Part shown: piece after piece, positions 9,347 to 17,105 of the stretch
Position numbering within the stretch: position 1 is the first letter of the stretch
Layout of the letters: each line of letters starts with the position of its first letter
Virus record (IMG/VR): IMGVR_UViG_3300050821_010764
Location: 80,801 to 144,800 of that record
Source of the DNA: a virus
Length of the DNA stretch: 64,000 nt
Strand: one strand, 5' to 3'
The notes under the pieces: generated by a model
Seen by the model: the letters and a program-made list of their open reading frames with translations, nothing else
What the model was told of the DNA's origin: nothing
Database searches by the model: none
Translations under genes and position numbers: made by a program

Positions 9347-10417
9347 ATGACCCTAACCAATAGTGAAATCAAACTATATAATGATATCCTGATAGCAGAA
9401 ATTATCCTATCAGATACCAATGGTTTGTCTAAAACGGCACAAGAGGGTGTCGCTTCACAATTGATTAGTAAAGTTCATAGTTACGTTAGTAACAACATTA
9501 ATCCAGAAGATAAAACTGGCAGTTTACTTAACATGCTGGCTCCAGGTGCCATTACCGTTCTTTTTAGAGCATTAGGTTTGGGTTGGTTAGGATTTTTGTT
9601 TGGTATCGCTATGAGGGTATTTCATATTGACGTTGCCAGTATTATTGAATCTATTTGGAATTCTTTGAAAAGTGAATTGAGTGGCGGGAAGCAAATGACT
9701 TCTGCTCAAGTAGATAATATCGTCAATAGTGCAGTAGAAACTCATACTAAACCAGCTACCCAAGAAGAGGCTGAAAAAGCCTCTCAAACTTATCAACTAC
9801 AATCGGTTAATTTTCGAGATGCTAAGATGTTGAAACTAGCATTAGCAGATTATGCTTTGTTAGAGTGCGGCATTATTAAACAGTCTGGAATTTTAGACAT
9901 TTTCAGTTCTCAAAAAACAAAGACAGCCTCTATTTTGTCTAGGGTGCTCAGTCTATTTTTCAAGGTGGCTTTAGCCTCTGCTGCTGCCATGGTAGCCGGA
10001 GATGTCATCAACAAATTTTTAGGAAGACCTAATGCGCTGGATGACACCATGCAACATGGTAAGCCGGTGGGTGAACAAGCTACCGCTCCTGCGGTTATTT
10101 CTAAGCAGACCAAGTTTAAGGTTAGTCCATCTTATCATGATACTCCTAAGGGAGGTAATTGGATAGAAAATGTTTCTAATACTAAAGAAGGTATTCAGGA
10201 TATGTTAACTAGATTTACCAAAGAAGTATATCCAGATACCGGTAGTATGGATGGTGTTATTAGAAGTACGGCTGGATTTCAAGCCATTGTAGATAATATT
10301 CTATGGCACAATCATACTTCTGCTGGCGGACCTATTGTTTTTATTCCGCCCATGTTTAGTTCTAAAAAAATGTTGGTTGACCACTTCATCGACGACGTGG
10401 CGGAAAAAGCTCCCTAA
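9347..10417 (+). CDS. Putative membrane-associating internal virion protein
   Basis: Hydrophobic segments MLAPGAITVLFRALGLGWLGFLFGIAM and VLSLFFKVALASAAAMVAG. Confidence 0.5.
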   Translation: MTLTNSEIKLYNDILIAEIILSDTNGLSKTAQEGVASQLISKVHSYVSNNINPEDKTGSLLNMLAPGAITVLFRALGLGWLGFLFGIAMRVFHIDVASIIESIWNSLKSELSGGKQMTSAQVDNIVNSAVETHTKPATQEEAEKASQTYQLQSVNFRDAKMLKLALADYALLECGIIKQSGILDIFSSQKTKTASILSRVLSLFFKVALASAAAMVAGDVINKFLGRPNALDDTMQHGKPVGEQATAPAVISKQTKFKVSPSYHDTPKGGNWIENVSNTKEGIQDMLTRFTKEVYPDTGSMDGVIRSTAGFQAIVDNILWHNHTSAGGPIVFIPPMFSSKKMLVDHFIDDVAEKAP

Positions 10418-10467
10418 TCAGGTGATATGAGAGCATATAATTACACTTTCCATATGGTGAGAATATA

Positions 10468-11715
10468 ATGAGCAGAAGCGAAATTTTTGATGCATTTGTC
10501 AAAATAGCCCAAGAAAAGGGCATGATCTCCAATGATTCCAGCGACTCCAAAAAGAAGCTAGAACAGACAGGTCGTGCAGACTCTTTGGATATTTCTGCCA
10601 TTGAGGCTTTATATGGTGTGAAACCTAATACACCTAAGGGTTCTGATTATAAAGACAATATTATGGAAGCTGCCCATCCAAACTCGGTAGTGGTAGCACC
10701 ATCTTACGACAAGCTTAACGGTCTAGTCGAGAACAATATCGAAAGACAGAACATCATTCTTCACATTGTTCAAAAGACTCCAGACGGATTGCAGACTCAA
10801 CGTAAATATGCGGAACAAGAATTGCTTCTGTCTTTGGTACGTATCGGTAATGATCTAGATAATCGTGATGAAGATCAATTGCGTGTATTGGCAGATTCTT
10901 GCCTATTACAACTAAAAAAAAACTCTGAAGGCTTCAAGAAAGAAGCTATCGGTCCATTAGCTATTGCCTTAATTGCAGCCGCTGTTATTGGTGCAATTTA
11001 TGCGCATCAACATTTAGCAGATGCTAATCATGGAATGATGCAAGCAACGCAAAATTTACAATCAACTCTTAGTAAGTTTGCAAGTAGCAGTGTAGATTGG
11101 GGTGTAGGTCATGAATATGATCAAGATCTTAAATCAGATGTTCAAGGATTAAAAGACAGAATCGATTTGTTTTCTCAAACATATCAATCATTGGAAGCTA
11201 TTATCAGAGAACTAGAAAGACCAAAGGATGCAACTGAGTTAAAGCAGATTGCTGCTCAACCAGAATCACAACAAGTGGTAGCTGCATACAATAAATTGTA
11301 TGAGCTAATCACGAATATGTCTGCCTATATGGATAAGATTGAGACTGATTTTAAGTCAGAGTTCTATAAGACTCGTCACACTAAAGATACGGGAGTTCTA
11401 ACCAAAGGTTTAGAATGGGCTCATTTAGAGGGCGGAACTACTTCTTTGTTTGCCGATCCTTTCCAAGACGTAATGAATGCCATTCCTCCATTCAAAGAAA
11501 ACGTTAAATCGCTTCTTGATATGTTGAAGGAAGCTAAATCCAGAGAAGCTAAGGCGCGTGCCGAATTACTAGCCGCTCAATCTAAGGCTAAAGAAGAATA
11601 TGGCAGTGGCGCTACTACCAGTTGGGATGATAAATCCCATGAAAAAGAGCCAGAATCTCATGTTCGTAAGCTAGAAGAGGACTTAAAGGGTCTTATTCCG
11701 GCTGGGATGAGATAA
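10468..11715 (+). CDS. Putative internal virion protein with one TM helix and coiled-coil
   Basis: EAAHP motif shared with 5282; IGPLAIALIAAAVIGAIYA TM segment directly after FKKEA. Confidence 0.55.
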   Translation: MSRSEIFDAFVKIAQEKGMISNDSSDSKKKLEQTGRADSLDISAIEALYGVKPNTPKGSDYKDNIMEAAHPNSVVVAPSYDKLNGLVENNIERQNIILHIVQKTPDGLQTQRKYAEQELLLSLVRIGNDLDNRDEDQLRVLADSCLLQLKKNSEGFKKEAIGPLAIALIAAAVIGAIYAHQHLADANHGMMQATQNLQSTLSKFASSSVDWGVGHEYDQDLKSDVQGLKDRIDLFSQTYQSLEAIIRELERPKDATELKQIAAQPESQQVVAAYNKLYELITNMSAYMDKIETDFKSEFYKTRHTKDTGVLTKGLEWAHLEGGTTSLFADPFQDVMNAIPPFKENVKSLLDMLKEAKSREAKARAELLAAQSKAKEEYGSGATTSWDDKSHEKEPESHVRKLEEDLKGLIPAGMR

Positions 11716-11824
11716 TTTTTATCAAAATCTGGTAATAACAGAATATGCTTTGTAGATTTAGTAAGAAAAAGTGTAAGTAACTTATCGCAGACAAGGTCTC
11801 GATATTATAATTTAGGAAACTAAA

Positions 11825-12541
11825 ATGTCTTTAAAACTATTGCAACCAGGCGTCCAACCACTAGGTCAATTTGACGGTTATGACTCCGATTTCTTGACTC
11901 TTAAGGGCGGTGAGATTGTTACACTCATTTCCGTTCCAGTGCCAGGCACTGATCACGCAGCTGCTGACTCTTTTGACGGATACGTCAACCCAGGTAGCGT
12001 GCAAAAACGTCCAGTTGTGACTCGTAACGTCGCAACCACCAAGCGTCCTTTGATGCTTTCTGATGATGGTATTACTGGCTACGGTACTCTATTCGGAGCC
12101 GTTGTTGGTGGAACTGTTGGTCAGCAAGTAAATGGACCAACCACCTTTACTGGTGCGCTTCTAGGACCTCACACTGCAACTGGTTCTGGCAAGGTAACTT
12201 GCTGGGAAAAGCCAGGTCTATATGCCGTCTCTCTTGATGCATGTGACACTGATGCAGTAACTGGTTTGCAACCAACCAACACCACTCTTGATGTTGGCGC
12301 TGCTTTGACCTTCGTTCCTGCTCTAGCCCTTGGTGGTCAATTGACTCCAGTGGGTAGCACCGCAGCCGCAGGTAACACTGTTGTTGTTGCTCGTCTAGTC
12401 GACTTCGAAACCAACGGATCTTTGGTAACCACTCCAAACAGACTAGTTGCCGCTCTAAACAGCCCATCTGGTTTGGTCAGCTCTGTCGGTCCTCGTCAGT
12501 TCGCCTTCGCAACCTTCTACTTCAACCCACCAGTTGCCTAA
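11825..12541 (+). CDS. Capsid decoration/stabilising protein
   Basis: Immediately upstream of MCP; AGGA RBS; Gly/Thr/Val beta-rich. Confidence 0.65.
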   Translation: MSLKLLQPGVQPLGQFDGYDSDFLTLKGGEIVTLISVPVPGTDHAAADSFDGYVNPGSVQKRPVVTRNVATTKRPLMLSDDGITGYGTLFGAVVGGTVGQQVNGPTTFTGALLGPHTATGSGKVTCWEKPGLYAVSLDACDTDAVTGLQPTNTTLDVGAALTFVPALALGGQLTPVGSTAAAGNTVVVARLVDFETNGSLVTTPNRLVAALNSPSGLVSSVGPRQFAFATFYFNPPVA

Positions 12542-12562
12542 GTTAGTTGCTTAAATAATTCA

Positions 12563-12629
12563 AGCGTTTCGTGGATTAACTTTCACAAAACGCTCTATCA
12601 CACGCAAGTGTGTCGCTGGTAAGACTGGC
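12563..12629 (+). promoter_or_regulatory. Structured 5' leader of MCP (three consecutive hairpins)
   Basis: AGCGTTT..AAACGCT (12563-12594), CACAC-GCAA-GTGTG (12599-12612), GCTGGT-AAG-ACTGGC (12615-12629). Confidence 0.5.
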
Positions 12630-12654
12630 AAATAATTCCACTAGGAGACGATTT

Positions 12655-13668
12655 ATGAATATGTTTAGCAACCAAGGCCAAATGAATGCCTCATCCCTTA
12701 AGGATGCACTACAAACTCTTGTTAAGTATGCAGCCGTTCTTGAAGAGAACACTCCATCTAACATGGGTCTTGCAGGACAAACTGCCCTAAGTGATGATAA
12801 GCGCGATGAATTGATTTCTCGCGCTATTATGACTCAAGATGGCAAGATTGCTCTAGCTCAGGCTATGGCAAACCCAATCCGTAGAAACTTGGATTACCAC
12901 GGTATCGCACGTCGTGCCTTGGTCGTTGACCCACTACCACAAGGTGCAATGCCAACTTACGATAGAGATATCGATGTTGCTGCTGTTGTTATCTCAAGCA
13001 ACGGTACTGGTCCAGAGTCCAGAGTATTCGGCGACAGAGTTGTCGTTCCAGAATTCGAAATCTATGCAAACCCAACGGTGAGAATCGCTGAAGTTAAGAG
13101 ACGTAGATTTAACGTAATTGACAGAGCAGTTCAGAAGGCTCGTCAAGAAATCATGGCTCAGGAAGATGCTAACATCTTCGCAGCTCTTGATGCAGCAGCT
13201 TCTGTTGAAAACGTCCTAACCGACATCGCAGATGCAGGTCTTCTAAAGAGAGACCTTGTCGAAATCAAGCAACAAATTGATCGTTGGGACTTAGTTACTA
13301 CTAAGTACTTCATGAACATCAATGAGTTCACTGATATCCTTAAGTGGGGTTCAGGTGGTGGACAAGGCGTAGGCGGCGGAGATTTCGATCCTGTCACTAT
13401 GAGAGAAGTTCTACAAACTGGTCTTTACGCCCACATCTGGGGTACTGACATCATGGTTTCCAAGATCGTTCCACCAGGAACCATCTACGGTGCCGCAGAC
13501 CCTGAGTTCGTTGGTGTTATGCCAATCAGACAGGACATTGAAGTGCTACCAGCAGACGAGCCAAAGCAATTGAAGCTTGGATGGGTAGTTTCCGAGATCA
13601 TCGGTATTGCTATCGTTAACCCACGTGGTTGCGCAGCAGGTCGTAAGTCTGTCGTAATCGGAGCCTAA
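12655..13668 (+). CDS. Major capsid protein (HK97 fold)
   Basis: AGGAG RBS then ATG 12655; ~337 aa; LAQAMANPIRRNLDYHGIARRAL..PLPQG, VVPEFEIYANP.V.I.EVK.RRFNVIDRA, E.IGIAIVNPRG pattern typical of large-phage MCPs; followed by strong terminator. Confidence 0.9.
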   Translation: MNMFSNQGQMNASSLKDALQTLVKYAAVLEENTPSNMGLAGQTALSDDKRDELISRAIMTQDGKIALAQAMANPIRRNLDYHGIARRALVVDPLPQGAMPTYDRDIDVAAVVISSNGTGPESRVFGDRVVVPEFEIYANPTVRIAEVKRRRFNVIDRAVQKARQEIMAQEDANIFAALDAAASVENVLTDIADAGLLKRDLVEIKQQIDRWDLVTTKYFMNINEFTDILKWGSGGGQGVGGGDFDPVTMREVLQTGLYAHIWGTDIMVSKIVPPGTIYGAADPEFVGVMPIRQDIEVLPADEPKQLKLGWVVSEIIGIAIVNPRGCAAGRKSVVIGA

Positions 13669-13691
13669 TAAGCCTGATTGAATAAAGTTCA

Positions 13692-13725
13692 AAATCCCCT
13701 CTTAGCGAAAGCTAAGAGGGGATTT
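13692..13725. terminator. Bidirectional intrinsic terminator between MCP and convergent CCA gene
   Basis: Perfect 15-bp stem AAATCCCCTCTTAGC-GAAA-GCTAAGAGGGGATTT with A/T-rich flanks. Confidence 0.9.
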
Positions 13726-13731
13726 CTATTT

Positions 13732-14973
13732 CTACTGTCCTGCCGCGAAGTCCAGCAAGAAGCTCTTGTTATTGTTGTCCGGATTTCTCAGAATTTCCAA
13801 ATAACAAGCTTCCAAAATGGATTTAATTTGCGGTCCCGGCTTGATGCCGATAACCAGCAAATCGTCTCCATTTAATTGCATTTCGCGCTTGGCGAAGACA
13901 GTTTCGCTAACGTATTTGCCGAACTGCACCCTAGAGTTGATTTCCATAGCCTCAGTCAATCGTATAAATTGGTCAAAGGTATAGTCCCAGGGGTCAGGGG
14001 CATGGTTCTTAATGACCGCCATAAAGCTCTTATAAGCCAAAGGCGTGTCCTTCTTAAGGAATTCATTATACCTGTCCAAAAGGCTCAGTAAGAAAGTGAC
14101 TCTTTTGATTTCTTTATTAGGAAACTTTAAGAATAACAGTTCTGCCTGTACCTGTTCGACTGGGCACATGCCATACATAAATGCCAAGCGAGTTTCTAGT
14201 TCCTCTTGACATTTATCTAAGAAGGGCAAGAAGTGCATATAGACATCTCGGCTACAGAGGAATGGACAAGCCACTGCCAATGCACCCGATTGTTGAAGCA
14301 GTTGAATCCCATACGAAGGATCCTTCGTCATCAAGGTTTTGCACAACTCATCTTGAATACGTTCCTTGGAAACCTTCTTCAAGGTTTCAAGGCTGCTTTT
14401 CATTCCAGTAAAAGTAGGAGATTCCACCGCATAACCAAAACGAGCGGCGAATCGTGCAACTCGCATGATTCGGAGTCCGTCTTCTTGGAATCTAGTTTCT
14501 GGATTTCCAACTGCTCGAATAATTCCTTTGTGTAGGTCTTCTAATCCACCATAAGGATCGACTAAACGATCTGCAATAGGGTCGTAGGCGATAGCGTTGA
14601 TGGTCAAGTCTCGTCTTGCCAAGTCTTGTTCCACATTGAGCACAAAGAAGACTTCTTCTGGACGTCGTCCGTCCTTGTATTCTCCTTCGATGCGAAAGGT
14701 GGTAACTTCGAAATGATTTTCGACACCTGGACCCATCACTACCGTGACAGTTCCGTGCTGCAAACCCGTGGGAATGGTCTTAGGAAATAATCCAATGACT
14801 TCTTGCGGGCTAGCATCCGTGGTAATATCCCAATCCTTGGGGGTTTGACCAAGCAGTAAGTCGCGCACACACCCACCTACGATGAAGGCTTGGTAACCTT
14901 CCGCGCTCAGGACGCGGCACACCTCGAAAGCTTGAGGATTGACGTGTTGTTGCGAAATTTGTACGTTTAGCAT
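13732..14973 (-). CDS. cca: Class II tRNA nucleotidyltransferase (CCA-adding enzyme), no HD domain
   Basis: GGCVRD..DWD (DxD), EVTTFR, DLARRDLTINA, FQEDGLRIMR (EDxxR), SKERI motifs; flexible loop YKDGRRP present. Confidence 0.92.
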   Translation of the reverse strand: MLNVQISQQHVNPQAFEVCRVLSAEGYQAFIVGGCVRDLLLGQTPKDWDITTDASPQEVIGLFPKTIPTGLQHGTVTVVMGPGVENHFEVTTFRIEGEYKDGRRPEEVFFVLNVEQDLARRDLTINAIAYDPIADRLVDPYGGLEDLHKGIIRAVGNPETRFQEDGLRIMRVARFAARFGYAVESPTFTGMKSSLETLKKVSKERIQDELCKTLMTKDPSYGIQLLQQSGALAVACPFLCSRDVYMHFLPFLDKCQEELETRLAFMYGMCPVEQVQAELLFLKFPNKEIKRVTFLLSLLDRYNEFLKKDTPLAYKSFMAVIKNHAPDPWDYTFDQFIRLTEAMEINSRVQFGKYVSETVFAKREMQLNGDDLLVIGIKPGPQIKSILEACYLEILRNPDNNNKSFLLDFAAGQ

Positions 14974-14980
14974 GTCACCG

Positions 14981-15008
14981 AACGTAAATCTTTAAAAATT
15001 GCTGTCAA
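14981..15008 (-). promoter_or_regulatory. Sigma70-type promoter for cca (probably leaderless transcript)
   Basis: TTGACA-N16-TACGTT, 7 nt before ATG; no obvious SD. Confidence 0.65.
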
Positions 15009-15037
15009 GGGTTGCGGATATTTATCCGGGGCAAGTG

Positions 15038-15052
15038 TAATAATACAGCATA
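15038..15052 (+). promoter_or_regulatory. Putative late promoter TAATA-N5-GCATA
   Basis: Example of a motif recurring in >10 intergenic gaps. Confidence 0.55.
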
Positions 15053-15079
15053 ATATTGAACTACACCCGAAAGAAGAGC

Positions 15080-15784
15080 ATGAAACTAGACACCATTTCA
15101 GAGCTATATCAATTAATTTCTAGCGGAACTCAAAATCTTCCAGCTAGAAAACAATCTATTCTGCTAAGAAAAGCGGGTCTTGCTGCTCATGTGTCTGGCA
15201 CAGGTTTTAATAAAGTAGCTTTTGATACCAGACGTATTGATCAAGAAACTGAATATAATCCTCGTCGTGGTTTACAGAATTACAATCGAAGTGAAGCTTT
15301 TCTTTCCGAAGCTATGGGACAAAAACTTATTCATCTATCTAAACTCAAGGGAGTGCTAGATGATTTGAAGCAAGAATTTGGTAAAGAACATGAATGGCAA
15401 GACAGTAATGCTCGTGTTCTTTTATCTACACTTGATCAGGGTATGCGCACTCTTCAAAAAGATGGTGACTACTCCGATGCCCAGCCGTCTCAAGGCAGCA
15501 TTGATTACATTGAAGAGCTATTGCATGTTAGATATAGACTTGGTCTGGATGATTTAACAAGGCTTGGTAAATCTGAATTGAAGAAAGTAATTCTATCTAA
15601 AGATGAAGAGATGACTCGCAAAGATGTTAATCGCGCCTTAGAAATTACTAAGAGTGATGTGGGTTCTCAAACTTATGACACTTTGATGGAAAAGTTGTTC
15701 GGAGGTGTCCGTGCAACTCAAGAAAACCCTGAAGTGGAGAGAACGGTCACGATTACGATCAAAGACAAGTTTGTGGAGAAGTAA
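15080..15784 (+). CDS. Hypothetical protein (possibly head-associated)
   Basis: ATG 15080 after AAGAAGAG; carries LRKAG and FNKVA motifs. Confidence 0.55.
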   Translation: MKLDTISELYQLISSGTQNLPARKQSILLRKAGLAAHVSGTGFNKVAFDTRRIDQETEYNPRRGLQNYNRSEAFLSEAMGQKLIHLSKLKGVLDDLKQEFGKEHEWQDSNARVLLSTLDQGMRTLQKDGDYSDAQPSQGSIDYIEELLHVRYRLGLDDLTRLGKSELKKVILSKDEEMTRKDVNRALEITKSDVGSQTYDTLMEKLFGGVRATQENPEVERTVTITIKDKFVEK

Positions 15785-15787
15785 GTC

Positions 15788-16549
15788 ATGAGTAGCGAGA
15801 GCAATTTTGCATATTCTTTAAAGTACAATACGCACTTTATCGTAAAAAACATTACGGGTTATACCGACGCCCAAATTCTTGCAGAAGAAAATTTGTTTAT
15901 TCCTTTTGAGGTTAGATCTACCCGTAAAGTAATCAATATTTTTCTTTATCCAATTAATCCTGGTGAAACCAGAGATTTATTACAGATTCCCGGAGTTCAA
16001 GAGGAAGACATTAGATCATCTCTTCTTAAGGGTGTACTTAGACACAAGTTTTTATGTGGTGATATTGCTCTAGTCTCTAGTAATATTGATCTTCTTCAGT
16101 TTAGCGATAAGCAACGTGCTTTCTTGCAAAAATTTGGATTTGGCGAAGGTGTTCAGATTGGCTGGGATGAATTGGATGGATACACTCAGGGACAGATCAA
16201 TTCTGGTGGTGACAATGATGATGGATACATCACCGAGAAACAACATAAGACATTAAGAGATCTTATTCATTTCGTTGATCAGGGTCCTGGTGATGGATTT
16301 GCTTCGGGTGCTTTCAAAGAAGATTTGCCGTTGGGCAGTCCCTTTCCAACCTCAATCATTTGGTATTTAGATGTAGGTAAGACTAAAAAATTAGTGGCCA
16401 AAACAATTACTTATGGTATCAATAAATTTCCTATTACTATTCAATGGGATATGTATGATTATGATGGTGTAACTTTGATTCATACGGTCACTGACCATAT
16501 TACTTATAGTACGGCTTTTGAAGCAACTAGAATAAGGACTATTAGCTAA
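15788..16549 (+). CDS. Hypothetical virion protein, first gene of fibre-like array
   Basis: 253 aa; TAATG-coupled to 16549. Confidence 0.5.
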   Translation: MSSESNFAYSLKYNTHFIVKNITGYTDAQILAEENLFIPFEVRSTRKVINIFLYPINPGETRDLLQIPGVQEEDIRSSLLKGVLRHKFLCGDIALVSSNIDLLQFSDKQRAFLQKFGFGEGVQIGWDELDGYTQGQINSGGDNDDGYITEKQHKTLRDLIHFVDQGPGDGFASGAFKEDLPLGSPFPTSIIWYLDVGKTKKLVAKTITYGINKFPITIQWDMYDYDGVTLIHTVTDHITYSTAFEATRIRTIS

Positions 16550-17046
16550 TGTCAACCGATTCACCAGCGGCAATTTTATTTGATGAGCTTGGTAATCCAG
16601 TTGGGGTTATGCTGGATGGTTACGTTTATCGTTTGCAAGTTGAAACCATTATTACTGACACTTCGGGCAATGGTCCAGCCGCTGTCAAACCACCTAATAC
16701 TGCCGCAGTTGCTGCCGACCCGGCTCTAGTAGTAGCTTTTTCTCCCAATAACCCTATTACGGTATCTAGTGCTCGTCCGGCTACTTCTACCACTCATAGC
16801 GTGGTCGGCTCTGCCACCAACGTAGTTCTTTTAGCCTCTAATACTACTCGTTTAGGCGCAACCATCTATAATGATTCTTCTGCTTTATTGTATGTGAAGC
16901 TTGGTGCTACGGCTAGTACAACTGATTTTACTATTAAAATGTTTCCATTAGGTTATTATGAAATTCCGTATGGTTATACTGGTGAAATAGATGGAATTTG
17001 GTCATCAGCTCTTGGTCATGCAAGAATTGATGAACTTACTCCTTAA
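16549..17046 (+). CDS. Fibre/decoration-like protein (shared N-terminal anchor and C-terminal beta domain)
   Basis: MSTDSPAAILFDELGNP N-terminus; LLASN.TR..A.IYN....LY.KLG domain shared with 17106. Confidence 0.6.
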   Translation: MSTDSPAAILFDELGNPVGVMLDGYVYRLQVETIITDTSGNGPAAVKPPNTAAVAADPALVVAFSPNNPITVSSARPATSTTHSVVGSATNVVLLASNTTRLGATIYNDSSALLYVKLGATASTTDFTIKMFPLGYYEIPYGYTGEIDGIWSSALGHARIDELTP

Positions 17047-17105
17047 ACAATGCATAAAATTATATTAATGTAGAAAGATACTTCTAACTTACAAGAGGCA
17101 ATCAT

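Noticed and set aside
13678-14535. Short plus-strand ORFs opposite cca
   Set aside because: No RBS, cross or follow the terminator, and overlap a well-supported gene
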